A DNA stretch of 64,000 bases, from sequence record NC_019503.1; one strand, 5' to 3'. The position numbers were made by a program, and so were the translations under genes. Of this stretch, positions 47,495 through 58,996 are shown piece after piece. How positions within the stretch are numbered: the first letter of the stretch is position 1; each line of letters opens with the position of its first letter. Under the pieces are notes generated by a model, which saw only the letters and a program-made list of their open reading frames with translations, was not told where the DNA came from and made no database searches. This DNA is from Escherichia phage ime09.

Positions 47495-48120
47495 TACAAT
47501 AGCTCAAAGAATTCTTTGAGTCCTCTTATTACATGAGCGTGAGTTTTTCCACACTCTGGACACTTAATTGGAACAGCCAAATAAACAGTAGGCTTTAAAA
47601 GCATATCTTTTATAGCTACAATATCTGACTCTGTGATGATAGAATATAAATCTTCCAATTCTTTTTCATTTAAGTCTTCAACTGGAATGCTTTCACCGTT
47701 AGCATGAATCGTTTCTATACATGATACTATCATGTGGGCTATATTTTTATCATCAAAAATTTTAGGGTAATGGAACTTAATTTTAATGTCACCCAGTGTA
47801 TACCAGAGGTCTTCTGGTGCATCTATTTGTGTATGTAATAGATTTATATGGGTTGGTATTTCAGTTCCACAGATGCACTTCCAGGAGTTTTCGTGATTAA
47901 CTTCTCCAAGAGAATGTGCCCATAAATGAATCAGCAGTAGTTCTGATTCTTGACGGTTTAAATCTTTTGCATTTGTACAGTCTTTGATTAGCTTTTTAAC
48001 GATCTCTTCTACTGAACCGTTCTTTTTAGCAGTAATAAGTTCTAGATATTCTTTAAGAGTAAATGCGCGACAGTTGATTATTTTAGAACCAACTCTCACG
48101 TCAAATTTGTATTCATACAT
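47494..48120 (-). CDS. 26: gp26 baseplate hub protein
   Basis: 208 aa, divergent from gene 51 with shared late-promoter region. Confidence 0.85.
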   Translation of the reverse strand: MYEYKFDVRVGSKIINCRAFTLKEYLELITAKKNGSVEEIVKKLIKDCTNAKDLNRQESELLLIHLWAHSLGEVNHENSWKCICGTEIPTHINLLHTQIDAPEDLWYTLGDIKIKFHYPKIFDDKNIAHMIVSCIETIHANGESIPVEDLNEKELEDLYSIITESDIVAIKDMLLKPTVYLAVPIKCPECGKTHAHVIRGLKEFFELL

Positions 48121-48141
48121 ATTTAGCTCCTTTATTTATCA

Positions 48142-48153
48142 TATTTATAAATA
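48142..48153. promoter_or_regulatory. overlapping divergent late promoter boxes for genes 26 (minus) and 51 (plus)
   Basis: TATTTATAAATA contains TATAAATA on both strands in the 26/51 intergenic region. Confidence 0.55.
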
Positions 48154-48170
48154 GAATAAAAGGAGCATCT

Positions 48171-48920
48171 ATGGCAAACATTATTCGTTGTAAATTACCA
48201 GATGGTGTTCATCGTTTTAAACCATTTACGGTAGAAGATTATCGAGATTTTTTGTTAGTTCGAAACGATATAGAACATCGGTCACCACAAGAACAAAAAG
48301 AAATAATTGCTGATTTAATTGCCGATTATTTTGGAGACTATCCGAAGACTTGGCAACCATTTATATTTTTGCAGGTATTTGTAGGGTCAATAGGTAAAAC
48401 TAAAGTACCGGTCACATTTGTATGTCCAAAATGTAAAAAAGAAAAGACAGTTCCATTTGAAATATATCAAAAAGAATTAAAGGAGCCTGTTTTTGATGTA
48501 GCTAATGTTAAAATTAAATTAAAGTTTCCTTCTGAGTTTTATGAAAATAAAGCAAAGATGATTACTGAAAATATTCATTCCGTTCAAGTAGATGAAATAT
48601 GGTATGATTGGAAGGAAATTAGCGAATCAAGTCAAATAGAACTTGTTGATGCCATCGAGATAGAAACATTAGAAAAAATTCTCGATGCAATGAATCCTAT
48701 TAATTTAACATTGCATATGTCATGTTGTAATAAGTATGTAAAAAAATACACTGATATAGTAGATGTGTTTAAGCTATTAGTTAACCCAGATGAAATATTT
48801 ACTTTTTATCAAATCAATCACACACTCGTAAAAAGTAATTATAGCTTAAATTCAATAATGAAAATGATTCCTGCTGAGCGCGGATTCGTATTAAAACTGA
48901 TTGAGAAGGATAAACAATAA
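48171..48920 (+). CDS. 51: gp51 baseplate hub assembly catalyst
   Basis: 249 aa, order as T4. Confidence 0.85.
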   Translation: MANIIRCKLPDGVHRFKPFTVEDYRDFLLVRNDIEHRSPQEQKEIIADLIADYFGDYPKTWQPFIFLQVFVGSIGKTKVPVTFVCPKCKKEKTVPFEIYQKELKEPVFDVANVKIKLKFPSEFYENKAKMITENIHSVQVDEIWYDWKEISESSQIELVDAIEIETLEKILDAMNPINLTLHMSCCNKYVKKYTDIVDVFKLLVNPDEIFTFYQINHTLVKSNYSLNSIMKMIPAERGFVLKLIEKDKQ

Positions 48921-50095
48921 TGAGTATGTTGCAACGCCCAGGATATCCAAATCTCAGCGTTAAATTATTTGATAGCTACGACGCTTGGAGTAATAATAGA
49001 TTTGTTGAATTAGCTGCTACTATTACCACATTAACTATGCGGGATTCTCTTTATGGCCGAAATGAAGGAATGTTGCAGTTTTATGATTCTAAAAATATCC
49101 ATACAAAAATGGATGGAAATGAAATAATTCAGATTTCTGTAGCTAACGCAAACGATATTAATAATGTTAAAACACGAATTTATGGATGTAAGCATTTTTC
49201 TGTATCTGTAGATTCAAAGGGTGATAACATCATTGCTATTGAATTGGGAACTATTCATTCCATAGAAAATCTTAAATTTGGCAGACCGTTTTTCTCTGAT
49301 GCAGGTGAATCTATAAAGGAAATGCTTGGTGTCATTTATCAGGATCGCACGTTATTAACTCCAGCAATAAATGCTATAAATGCTTATGTTCCTGATATTC
49401 CATGGACTAGCACATTTGAAAACTATTTGTCGTATGTTAGAGAAGTTGCTCTAGCTGTAGGAAGTGACAAATTTGTATTTGTGTGGCAAGACATCATGGG
49501 AGTTAACATGATGGACTATGATATGATGATAAATCAAGAACCGTATCCAATGATTGTCGGTGAGCCATCTTTAATAGGTCAATTCATCCAAGAATTAAAA
49601 TATCCATTAGCATATGATTTCGTTTGGTTGACTAAATCGAATCCTCACAAACGCGACCCAATGAAAAACGCTACTATCTATGCGCATTCATTTTTAGATT
49701 CTTCATTGCCAATGATTACTACAGGAAAGGGCGAAAACTCTATTGTAGTGTCAAGGTCAGGTGCTTATTCTGAAATGACTTATAGGAATGGCTATGAAGA
49801 AGCTATTCGTCTTCAAACTATGGCACAATATGACGGCTATGCTAAATGTTCTACTGTCGGTAATTTTAACTTGACTCCTGGTGTTAAAATTATTTTTAAT
49901 GATAGTAAAAACCAATTTAAAACAGAATTTTACGTTGATGAAGTTATCCATGAATTATCCAATAATAATTCAGTAACTCATCTATATATGTTCACTAATG
50001 CAACGAAACTGGAAACAATAGACCCAGTTAAGGTTAAAAATGAATTTAAATCTGATACTACCACTGAAGAAAGTAGTTCTTCCAATAAGCAATAA
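48920..50095 (+). CDS. 27: gp27 baseplate hub protein
   Basis: 391 aa, order as T4. Confidence 0.9.
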   Translation: MSMLQRPGYPNLSVKLFDSYDAWSNNRFVELAATITTLTMRDSLYGRNEGMLQFYDSKNIHTKMDGNEIIQISVANANDINNVKTRIYGCKHFSVSVDSKGDNIIAIELGTIHSIENLKFGRPFFSDAGESIKEMLGVIYQDRTLLTPAINAINAYVPDIPWTSTFENYLSYVREVALAVGSDKFVFVWQDIMGVNMMDYDMMINQEPYPMIVGEPSLIGQFIQELKYPLAYDFVWLTKSNPHKRDPMKNATIYAHSFLDSSLPMITTGKGENSIVVSRSGAYSEMTYRNGYEEAIRLQTMAQYDGYAKCSTVGNFNLTPGVKIIFNDSKNQFKTEFYVDEVIHELSNNNSVTHLYMFTNATKLETIDPVKVKNEFKSDTTTEESSSSNKQ

Positions 50096-50573
50096 AGAAG
50101 TTTCTATTCCTAAAATGGGTCTTAAACATTATAACATTTTAAAAGATGTTAAAGGTCCTGATGAAAATTTAAAACTTCTTATTGATTCTATTTGTCCGAA
50201 TTTATCACCAGCAGAAGTTGATTTCGTTTCCATTCATTTATTGGAATTTAATGGAAAGATTAAATCTCGTAAAGAAATAGATGGTTATACTTATGACATT
50301 AATGATGTTTATGTATGCCAAAGATTAGAATTTCAATACCAAGGAAATACATTTTATTTTAGACCTCCTGGAAAATTTGAACAATTTTTAACGGTGAGCG
50401 ATATGTTATCCAAATGCTTGCTTAAGGTCAATGATGAAGTTAAAGAAATTAATTTTCTTGAGATGCCAGCATTCGTTTTAAAATGGGCAAATGATATTTT
50501 TACAACTTTAGCAATTCCTGGCCCTAATGGTCCAATAACCGGAATTGGCAATATTATTGGATTATTTGAATGA
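50040..50573 (+). CDS. 28: gp28 baseplate hub distal protein
   Basis: 177 aa, overlaps 3' end of gene 27 in another frame. Confidence 0.8.
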   Translation: MNLNLILPLKKVVLPISNKEVSIPKMGLKHYNILKDVKGPDENLKLLIDSICPNLSPAEVDFVSIHLLEFNGKIKSRKEIDGYTYDINDVYVCQRLEFQYQGNTFYFRPPGKFEQFLTVSDMLSKCLLKVNDEVKEINFLEMPAFVLKWANDIFTTLAIPGPNGPITGIGNIIGLFE

Positions 50574-52342
50574 AAAAGCCACAAGAAATGCAAACGATGC
50601 GTAGAAAAGTTATTTCAGATAATAAATCAACACAGGAAGCGGCTAAATCCGCTTCCAACACTTTATCTGGACTTAACGATATATCTACGAAATTGGATGA
50701 TGCTCAAGCTGCTTCTGAATTAATTGCTCAAACTGTCGAAGAAAAATCGAATGAAATAATTGGAGCAATTGACAATGTAGAAAGCGCAGTGAGTGATACT
50801 ACTGCTGGTTCTGAGTTAATTGCTGAAACTGTCGAAATTGGCAACAATATTAATAAAGAAATCGGTGAATCACTCGGAAGTAAATTAGATAAATTAACGA
50901 GTTTACTAGAGCAAAAAATTCAGACAGCCGGAATTCAACAAACAGGAACTAGTTTAGCTACGGTTGAAAGCGCTATTCCTGTTAAAGTTGTTGAGGACGA
51001 TACAGCTGAATCCGTGGGTCCTTTATTACCAGCTCCTGAAGCAGTTAATAATGATCCTGATGCTGATTTTTTCCCTACCCCTCAGCCAGTTGAACCTAAA
51101 CAAGAATCGCCAGAAGAAAAACAGAAAAAAGACGCATTTAACTTAAAATTATCTCAAGCTTTAGATAAATTAACAAAGACTGTTGATTTCGGATTTAAGA
51201 AATCTATTTCAATTACTGATAAAATATCGAGCATGTTATTTAAGTATACCGTCAGTGCTGCTATTGAAGCTGCTAAAATGACTGCAATGATATTGGCTGT
51301 TGTTGTTGGAATAGATCTGCTGATGGTTCACTTTAAATATTGGTCAGATAAATTTTCACAGGCATGGGATTTATTTAGTACAGACTTTACTAAATTCTCT
51401 AGCGAAACCGGAACATGGGGTCCTTTATTACAGAGCATCTTTAGTTCTATCGATGAAATTAAAAAATTCTGGGAAGCGGGAGATTGGGGTGGTTTGACAG
51501 TAGCTATTGTAGAAGGGCTTGGAAAGGTTCTTTATAATTTAGGAGAACTTATTCAGCTTGGAATGGCTAAATTATCTGCTGCAATTCTTCGAGTCATTCC
51601 TGGCATGAAGGATACTGCTGATGAAGTAGAAGGAAGAGCGCTGGAAAATTTCCAAAATTCTACTGGAGCATCTCTCAATAAAGAAGACCAGGAAAAAGTA
51701 GCAAATTATCAAGATAAACGAATGAATGACGATCTTGGTCCAATAGCAAAAGGATTAGATAAAATTGCTAATTGGAAAACCCGTGCATCTAACTGGATTC
51801 GTGGCGTTGATAATAAAGAAGCACTAACTACCGACGAAGAACGTGCAGCAGAAGAAGAAAAATTAAAGCAACTTTCACCAGAAGAAAGAAAAAATGCTTT
51901 AATGAAGGCTAATGAAGCTCGGGCCGCGATGATTCGTTTTGAAAAATATGCTGATTCAGCTGATATGAGTAAAGACTCAACGGTTAAATCAGTTGAAGCT
52001 GCCTATGAAGACCTTAAAAAACGAATGGATGACCCGGATTTAAATAATTCACCGGCAGTTAAAAAAGAACTTGCTGCTAGATTTTCTAAAATTGATGCTA
52101 CTTATCAAGAGCTCAAGAAAAATCAGCCTAATGCCAAACCTGAAACTTCTGCTAAATCGCCAGAAGCAAAACAAGTCCAGGTAATAGAAAAGAACAAAGC
52201 ACAGCAAGCTCCTGTTCAACAAGCATCTCCTTCGATCAATAATACTAATAATGTTATTAAGAAAAATACTGTCGTTCATAATATGACACCTGTAACGAGC
52301 ACGACTGCTCCTGGTGTATTTGATGCGACTGGAGTTAATTAA
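50570..52342 (+). CDS. 29: gp29 tail tape-measure / baseplate hub protein
   Basis: 590 aa, order as T4. Confidence 0.9.
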   Translation: MKKPQEMQTMRRKVISDNKSTQEAAKSASNTLSGLNDISTKLDDAQAASELIAQTVEEKSNEIIGAIDNVESAVSDTTAGSELIAETVEIGNNINKEIGESLGSKLDKLTSLLEQKIQTAGIQQTGTSLATVESAIPVKVVEDDTAESVGPLLPAPEAVNNDPDADFFPTPQPVEPKQESPEEKQKKDAFNLKLSQALDKLTKTVDFGFKKSISITDKISSMLFKYTVSAAIEAAKMTAMILAVVVGIDLLMVHFKYWSDKFSQAWDLFSTDFTKFSSETGTWGPLLQSIFSSIDEIKKFWEAGDWGGLTVAIVEGLGKVLYNLGELIQLGMAKLSAAILRVIPGMKDTADEVEGRALENFQNSTGASLNKEDQEKVANYQDKRMNDDLGPIAKGLDKIANWKTRASNWIRGVDNKEALTTDEERAAEEEKLKQLSPEERKNALMKANEARAAMIRFEKYADSADMSKDSTVKSVEAAYEDLKKRMDDPDLNNSPAVKKELAARFSKIDATYQELKKNQPNAKPETSAKSPEAKQVQVIEKNKAQQAPVQQASPSINNTNNVIKKNTVVHNMTPVTSTTAPGVFDATGVN

Positions 52343-52350
52343 GGAATAAT

Positions 52351-53445
52351 ATGGCAATTGTTAAAGAAATAACTGCTGATTTAATTAAAAAGTCCGGTGA
52401 GAAAATTTCAGCCGGACAGAGTACTAAATCAGAAGTAGCAACTAAAACATACACTGCCCAGTTTCCAACTGGGCGTGCTAGTGGTAATGACACTACAGGG
52501 GACTTCCAGGTAACAGATCTATATAAGAATGGATTATTATTTACTGCATACAATATGTCATCTAGGGATTCTGGAAGTCTTAGATCGATGAGATCTAACT
52601 ACTCTTCTTCATCTTCGAGTATTTTAAGTACAGCTAGAAACACTATTAGTAGTACAGTATCAAAACTATCAAATGGATTAATATCAAACAATAATTCAGG
52701 AACAATAAGTAAAGCTCCTGTCGCAAACATTCTTTTACCGAGATCTAAATCTGACGTTGATACGTCATCACATAGATTTAATGATGTTCAAGAAAGTCTT
52801 ATCAGCAGAGGCGGAGGTACTGCTACTGGTGTGTTAAGTAATATTGCTTCAACTGCAGTATTTGGGGCACTGGAAAGTATAACACAGGGTATAATGGCTG
52901 ATAATAATGAACAGATTTATACTACAGCCAGAAGTATGTATGGTGGAGCTGAGAATAGAACTAAAGTGTTTACATGGGATTTGACTCCACGTTCAACAGA
53001 AGATTTAATGGCTATTATCAATATCTATCAATATTTTAACTATTTTTCTTATGGTGAAACGGGTAAATCTCAATATGCTGCTGAAATAAAGGGGTATTTA
53101 GATGATTGGTATCGTTCTACGTTAATTGAACCTTTATCTCCGGAAGACGCAGCTAAAAATAAAACACTATTTGAGAAAATGACATCGAGCTTAACTAACG
53201 TTCTAGTAGTTTCAAACCCGACAATTTGGATGGTGAAAAACTTTGGTGCAACATCTAAGTTTGATGGAAAAACGGAAATATTTGGCCCATGCCAAATACA
53301 GAGCATCAGATTTGATAAAACACCTAATGGTAACTTTAACGGATTAGCTATTGCTCCAAACCTCCCTAGTACATTTACTCTTGAGATTACTATGAGAGAA
53401 ATTATCACGTTAAACCGTGCTTCTTTATATGCGGGGACTTTTTAA
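52351..53445 (+). CDS. 48: gp48 baseplate tail-tube cap
   Basis: 364 aa, order as T4. Confidence 0.9.
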   Translation: MAIVKEITADLIKKSGEKISAGQSTKSEVATKTYTAQFPTGRASGNDTTGDFQVTDLYKNGLLFTAYNMSSRDSGSLRSMRSNYSSSSSSILSTARNTISSTVSKLSNGLISNNNSGTISKAPVANILLPRSKSDVDTSSHRFNDVQESLISRGGGTATGVLSNIASTAVFGALESITQGIMADNNEQIYTTARSMYGGAENRTKVFTWDLTPRSTEDLMAIINIYQYFNYFSYGETGKSQYAAEIKGYLDDWYRSTLIEPLSPEDAAKNKTLFEKMTSSLTNVLVVSNPTIWMVKNFGATSKFDGKTEIFGPCQIQSIRFDKTPNGNFNGLAIAPNLPSTFTLEITMREIITLNRASLYAGTF

Positions 53446-54410
53446 TGTATTCTTTAGAGGAATTTAATAATCAAGCAATAAACGCAGATTTCCAACGTAA
53501 TAATATGTTTAGCTGCGTTTTTGCGACAACTCCATCAACTAAAAGCTCTTCGTTGATAAGTTCAATTAGCAACTTTTCTTATAATAACTTGGGTCTAAAT
53601 TCAGATTGGTTAGGATTGACTCAAGGCGATATTAATCAGGGAATTACCACGCTAATTACCGCTGGCACACAAAAACTGATAAGAAAATCAGGGGTTAGTA
53701 AATATCTTATTGGTGCCATGAGTCAACGTACAGTTCAAAGTTTATTGGGCTCATTTACAGTTGGTACATATTTAATTGACTTCTTTAACATGGCATATAA
53801 CTCATCTGGGTTGATGATATATTCTGTAAAAATGCCAGAGAATAGATTATCCTATGAAACTGACTGGAACTATAACTCTCCTAATATTCGTATAACTGGG
53901 AGAGAATTAGACCCTTTGGTTATTTCATTTAGAATGGATTCAGAAGCTTGTAACTATCGTGCAATGCAAGACTGGGTTAACGCTGTTCAAGACCCAGTAA
54001 CTGGACTGCGTGCTTTGCCGCAAGATGTCGAGGCAGATATTCAGGTTAATCTTCATGCTCGTAATGGATTACCTCATACTGCAGTGATGTTCACCGGATG
54101 CATTCCAGTGTCAGTGAGCGCTCCTGAGTTATCATATGATGGAGATAACCAAATAACTACATTTGATGTTACTTTTGCGTATAGAGTCATGCAGGCTGGG
54201 TCGGTTGATAGACAAGCTGCGCTTGAGTGGCTTGAATCTGCTGCTATAAACGGTATTCAAAGCGTTCTCGGAAATAGTGGAGGTGTTACTGGATTATCTA
54301 ATTCGCTTTCACGACTTAGTAGATTAGGAGGAACTGCTGGAAGCATTTCAAACATTAATACTATGACGGGAATTGTCAATTCGCAAAGTAAAATATTAGG
54401 AGCAATATAA
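53445..54410 (+). CDS. 54: gp54 baseplate tail-tube initiator
   Basis: 321 aa, order as T4. Confidence 0.9.
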   Translation: MYSLEEFNNQAINADFQRNNMFSCVFATTPSTKSSSLISSISNFSYNNLGLNSDWLGLTQGDINQGITTLITAGTQKLIRKSGVSKYLIGAMSQRTVQSLLGSFTVGTYLIDFFNMAYNSSGLMIYSVKMPENRLSYETDWNYNSPNIRITGRELDPLVISFRMDSEACNYRAMQDWVNAVQDPVTGLRALPQDVEADIQVNLHARNGLPHTAVMFTGCIPVSVSAPELSYDGDNQITTFDVTFAYRVMQAGSVDRQAALEWLESAAINGIQSVLGNSGGVTGLSNSLSRLSRLGGTAGSISNINTMTGIVNSQSKILGAI

Positions 54411-54414
54411 CAAT

Positions 54415-54440
54415 GGGGACCGAAAGGTCCCCATATTTTT
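54415..54440. terminator. bidirectional hairpin between convergent gene 54 and the 54439-54729 ORF
   Basis: GGGGACCGAAAGGTCCCC followed by ATATTTTTATTT. Confidence 0.55.
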
Positions 54441-54729
54441 ATTTACGGAATGAAATAAAAGCAGCAACTGAAGCAACTAGACTGTCTTCAATATAAACTT
54501 CAATTTTTACCGGAGCTTCTGACTCAAATTTACCTGTTACTACACCCTGGAAAATGCTTTCAGTCTGTTCTGGCTTTAAAAAATTTTCAGAAGGAAAAAT
54601 TCCGAACTTTTTATCTGTTCCAAAAATTTTGATAAATTCATCATAAACTGCTTCATTAAAAGCGTTATCAGCAGGAATAACGCCTTCAACTACAAGTTCT
54701 TGACCTAAAAAGCGTAAAGAAGATTTCAT
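54439..54729 (-). CDS. hypothetical protein (alt.-3-like position)
   Basis: 96 aa ORF 3' of the alt genes. Confidence 0.5.
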   Translation of the reverse strand: MKSSLRFLGQELVVEGVIPADNAFNEAVYDEFIKIFGTDKKFGIFPSENFLKPEQTESIFQGVVTGKFESEAPVKIEVYIEDSLVASVAAFISFRK

Positions 54730-54789
54730 TTTGTGTTCCTCATGTTATGTCAGTAAAACTATTGTAACACAACACGAGGGACTTGTAAA

Positions 54790-56847
54790 CTACATCTTGA
54801 ACTTTTTAGACATTCCGTTGATGTTAACCAAAGAAGCCAAGATTTGAGAAACTTCGTTTTCCTCTTCTTTTGATTCTTCTACAAGGAATTGATTAAACCC
54901 AGCCATTGGACGAACTTCACCAGTTTCCATTAGATGATCGCCATCATATACCGATTCTTCTAATTGTTCAGAAGGAGGAACGATTGTGCCTTCGATTAGA
55001 TACTTGTTATAAGCAGTTTCTTTCATCATGTACGTGCTTACTTTATTAATCTTCAACAAAATTCCACGCGGTAGAATAACTTCAGCTTCTGATGGAAATC
55101 CTGATAAATGACCTGGAACGATAACTTTGATTCGCTCAGCCCCTTTAATTACCATACCTACGCTAGTTTCAGCATCTTCATTAGCATATGCAGAATGACT
55201 ACCCATATGCATTAAATCTTCAGCATCAACAGAACCTTCTCCTTCACCAGAAAATACTGCACCGGAATCATCTAGAGCCATATAGTTTTTACCATGCTCA
55301 CCGAAGATATTTGGTTTAAGCGATGTTGATACGAAGTTCTTGAAATAGAACATTTTATTTTCAATATTATGGCGTAAAGTTTTAAAAGTAACTTCTTGTC
55401 CACGATAAAGCGTAGTTCCTGGAGGAAGAACTGATCCTTTTGCGAATGCAGAATCCAGCGTCTCGATGTGTTTAATAGCTCGTTCCATGTATTCTTCACG
55501 GGTAGAATCTGGTTTACCCAAGAGGAACGAGTTCATTTCAACATATGAATCTGCACAATAATCTTCAATTACATCAGACTCAGCCTGAGTCAGTCCTTTT
55601 GGAGTTACTTCGGTGCTTGCGTATTCATATGCCTGAGCAGCAGATTCATTAATCAATTTATAAATGCCATTCATGACAAATTGAATAATAGCTACTTTTT
55701 CGTCTGGCGTGGCTTTAGAACCTTTAACTAAATCATTGATAATTTTCTTAATAACATCAAAGCTATTAGAAATATTAATGTCAGCGAGATCGCTCAAAAT
55801 TTTATCGGTTTTATAATCAAAAAATTCTTTATTCTTTAAATATTCTTGAGAACCTTGATGTGTTATATCGCTCTGCAGTCTGATAGACGGATCACGTAAA
55901 CGTGCATGGGCCAATGCAATATGATTTCGGAAGCTTTCTAGTTCATAATCGTTAGATTTAAAACGAGAAGCACTTCTCATACCACCGATAGCTCCTTTGC
56001 CGAAGTTTGAACCAATCTGAATAACGCCAGAGTTCATTGGTCCTTCTGCTTTATATACCGGAACTTTAGATTCAAACTCTTGATATTTCTTGGCAGCGAA
56101 GCTATCACCCTGAAGTGAAGCATCGACAGTAGAATATTGAGCTTGTGCTGCTAATCGACGACTAATTTTAGTTTTCTGAATAACAGCTTGATCCGTGCGC
56201 TTATCATTTTCTAAGGCAATAGAAGCAGCAACAGCAACAGCTTTAGGAACAGCATTACCTGTTTTAACATCTACATAAACATCACCAACCTTTGATTCAA
56301 CTTTTGTGAATAACTCAGTTGAAATAGGAGGTACACCTGGAATGTCTTCTAAATTGGCATTTTTACGGTAAACCATAATATATGCATACTTTTTATCATA
56401 ATCCCAGATTTCCTTTAAAAGAACATATCGACCTGCTCCTTTAGTACGTACTAAACGGTCAGCAATAACTTGCATTTGACGAGCAGCGCCATTTGTTTTA
56501 CTTTTTAGTACGCGGAATAGGCATGCGTCAATTTTATACTGTTTCATTGTTTGAAGAGCAGTATCAAAAACCGCATTAATGACACCAATTGGATTTCCAC
56601 CCAAGTTTTTAAGTTTAACGAGCGATAGTTTCTCATTGACACCTATCATTACGATATGCATCATTTTATCGCCTGGCTTAACGTTTTTATTTGTATCACC
56701 GCCAGAGGTGTATGTACAAAATCTAAATCCAGGAAGCACACTTTCTTCGCCGGCTTGAATAGCAAAAATTTGAGGTATTTTATGCTTAGGATTTAAGTTA
56801 ACAACCGGCGCCGAAGCGCCGTCAAATAATTCTGTAATAAGTTCCAT
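54790..56847 (-). CDS. Alt-like mono-ADP-ribosyltransferase paralog
   Basis: 685 aa; N-terminal ~230 aa closely similar to the upstream alt product (MELITELFD..); C-terminal R / STS / E-x-E motifs (..LYRGQ.., ..FVSTSL.., ..SEAEVILPRG..). Confidence 0.85.
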   Translation of the reverse strand: MELITELFDGASAPVVNLNPKHKIPQIFAIQAGEESVLPGFRFCTYTSGGDTNKNVKPGDKMMHIVMIGVNEKLSLVKLKNLGGNPIGVINAVFDTALQTMKQYKIDACLFRVLKSKTNGAARQMQVIADRLVRTKGAGRYVLLKEIWDYDKKYAYIMVYRKNANLEDIPGVPPISTELFTKVESKVGDVYVDVKTGNAVPKAVAVAASIALENDKRTDQAVIQKTKISRRLAAQAQYSTVDASLQGDSFAAKKYQEFESKVPVYKAEGPMNSGVIQIGSNFGKGAIGGMRSASRFKSNDYELESFRNHIALAHARLRDPSIRLQSDITHQGSQEYLKNKEFFDYKTDKILSDLADINISNSFDVIKKIINDLVKGSKATPDEKVAIIQFVMNGIYKLINESAAQAYEYASTEVTPKGLTQAESDVIEDYCADSYVEMNSFLLGKPDSTREEYMERAIKHIETLDSAFAKGSVLPPGTTLYRGQEVTFKTLRHNIENKMFYFKNFVSTSLKPNIFGEHGKNYMALDDSGAVFSGEGEGSVDAEDLMHMGSHSAYANEDAETSVGMVIKGAERIKVIVPGHLSGFPSEAEVILPRGILLKINKVSTYMMKETAYNKYLIEGTIVPPSEQLEESVYDGDHLMETGEVRPMAGFNQFLVEESKEEENEVSQILASLVNINGMSKKFKM

Positions 56848-56850
56848 GAT

Positions 56851-58947
56851 TTATCCTTGAACGAACTTGTAAGGCATGTTTGTAATATCTATGCAAGACG
56901 CAATAATTCCAAGAGATGATTCTACTTTTTGTTTAACATTTGATGAAACAAATGATGCAAAGTCAACTCTGTCTTCTATTTCAATATCACCTGTCATTGC
57001 AACTACTTCACCAGTTTCCATTAGACGGTCACCGTCATAAATTACTGATTCGGTGAGTTCTTCCGTAGTCATAACTTCAGCTTGAATGAGTTTTGTATTA
57101 TTAGATGTTGTTCCGTCGTTATTAGAAGCATCAGTTATTTTATTGACTTTGACCATCAATCCGCGTGGTAGAATAACTTCAGCTTCTGTTGCTATTCCGA
57201 GACTTCCTGGATATACAACATTAACTTTATGAGCTCCATCAATTGCCCATCCTATTTGAACTTTAACGTATTCAGGATTTTCTTTATACGCTCTTATTTC
57301 ATTTGGATTAATAGTTATTCCTTCTTCATTTTTATCAACTGTCAATTCATTACGAGCTTCTGGTTCTAAAAGACCAATACCAGCATGTGTAATTCCAAAA
57401 CGTCCAAAAATGATAGGAGTTAAAGAAGTAGATACAAAATTTCTGAAATAGAACACTTTATTTTTAACTAGTGCTTCGTATATAGGAGCAGTCATGCTTT
57501 GAGCACGATAAACTGTAATGCCTTCTGGTATACGGTCACCGTTTTCAAAAGCTGAATCTAAGTTATTTATAGCAGATTCAATTTCTTTTTCACTCATTAC
57601 ATCATATCGTTCTGGATTGTAACGACCCAAAAGAAGATTATTGATGTCAGTATATCCTGAACCACAATACTCTCTAATGCCGCGCTTTTGTGATGGAGTA
57701 TATTTAGAACCATCACGGGCAATAGTAATATCAATCATTGGACCTGCACCAATTCCAGAAAAGCTATAAATCATTCGTTTGAGGAATTTAGTTTTTGCTG
57801 CGTTCCAGGAATTTTTAGTTATTTCTTCCCAGACTTCATCTGGCTGTCCTTTACGGGTTTTATTATGTTTATCAAGCCAATTATCTTTATATTCTTCAAA
57901 GAATTGATTAACGGCTGCTGCGTATTTCTCCAAACATTTTATTGAAGTAGTTGGTTCATTTTTAATCGCATTAAGAATTACATCTTTAATTTTTTCAGAA
58001 ACTTCATTAACCTCACTTTTTGAAAAGAATTTATAATCATAGTGAAGTTCATCTGCAGTTCCTTCGGCAATGATTTTTGCTGCCTTAGTTTTAGAAGCTA
58101 ATGAATTAATTCCAAGCTTCATTTCTTCTGCTTCGGGAATTAAAGGAGCTGTAGCAGGTTTATTGAAATTAGCTGCGGTAGATTCATACTTTTGGAATAA
58201 TTCACTTTCAAATCTAGAAGATTCCAATGACTGACTTTGTGCAATTGCTCTGCGGGAAATTTTAACTTTAACGATTACAGCTTGGTCAGAACGTTTATCG
58301 TTTTCTTGTGCAATAGATGCTGCAATTGCCTCATTTTTAGTTACTTGAGCTCCAGTATCTTTATTGATATAAACATCACCGACCTTCGATTCAACTTTAG
58401 TAAAGAGCTCGGTACTGATTTCCGGAACTCCTGGAATGTCTTCTAATGATACATTTTTGCGATGTATAAGAATATATGCATACTTTTTATCGTAATCCCA
58501 GAGTTCCTTAAGAAGGACGTATCTGCCGCCTGAACGGCTGCGGATAAGTCTATCAGCAATAACTTGAATTTGTCGAGCTTGACCAGCAGTTTTAGACTTA
58601 AGAATACGAAGCATACAGGCATCAATTTTATACTGACGCATTGTTTGCATTGCAACAGTAAAAACTGAATTGATGTAATTAATTGGGCTTGGACCGAGAC
58701 CTTTCAATTTAGCAATTGAACCTTTAGCAGTTAATGTAAAAGGAACAATATGCATCATTTTATCACCCATCTTTAAATCGCGATTAGTATCACCTCCAGA
58801 TGTATAGGTACATAAACGAAAGCCTGGTTGTTCAATTGCGTCATCAACATGAACTGAAAAAATTTGCGGTATTTTCTTCTTTGGATTTAAGTTTGTAATC
58901 GGAAGAGTAGTATCTTCGTCAAATAATTCTGTAATGAGTTCCATCAT
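56851..58947 (-). CDS. alt: Alt ADP-ribosyltransferase (packaged, injected enzyme in T4)
   Basis: 698 aa (684 from second Met); MMELITELFDEDTTLPITNL..; R / STS / E-x-E motifs (..VYRAQ.., ..FVSTSL.., ..TEAEVILPRG..); TATAAATA late promoter upstream. Confidence 0.9.
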   Translation of the reverse strand: MMELITELFDEDTTLPITNLNPKKKIPQIFSVHVDDAIEQPGFRLCTYTSGGDTNRDLKMGDKMMHIVPFTLTAKGSIAKLKGLGPSPINYINSVFTVAMQTMRQYKIDACMLRILKSKTAGQARQIQVIADRLIRSRSGGRYVLLKELWDYDKKYAYILIHRKNVSLEDIPGVPEISTELFTKVESKVGDVYINKDTGAQVTKNEAIAASIAQENDKRSDQAVIVKVKISRRAIAQSQSLESSRFESELFQKYESTAANFNKPATAPLIPEAEEMKLGINSLASKTKAAKIIAEGTADELHYDYKFFSKSEVNEVSEKIKDVILNAIKNEPTTSIKCLEKYAAAVNQFFEEYKDNWLDKHNKTRKGQPDEVWEEITKNSWNAAKTKFLKRMIYSFSGIGAGPMIDITIARDGSKYTPSQKRGIREYCGSGYTDINNLLLGRYNPERYDVMSEKEIESAINNLDSAFENGDRIPEGITVYRAQSMTAPIYEALVKNKVFYFRNFVSTSLTPIIFGRFGITHAGIGLLEPEARNELTVDKNEEGITINPNEIRAYKENPEYVKVQIGWAIDGAHKVNVVYPGSLGIATEAEVILPRGLMVKVNKITDASNNDGTTSNNTKLIQAEVMTTEELTESVIYDGDRLMETGEVVAMTGDIEIEDRVDFASFVSSNVKQKVESSLGIIASCIDITNMPYKFVQG

Positions 58948-58967
58948 ATCCTCTCTAGTGTTTATTC

Positions 58968-58975
58968 TATTTATA
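58968..58975 (-). promoter_or_regulatory. late promoter box TATAAATA (alt)
   Basis: Exact TATAAATA on minus strand about 21 nt upstream of alt ATG. Confidence 0.55.
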
Positions 58976-58996
58976 AAATTAAAGGCCCGAAGGCCT

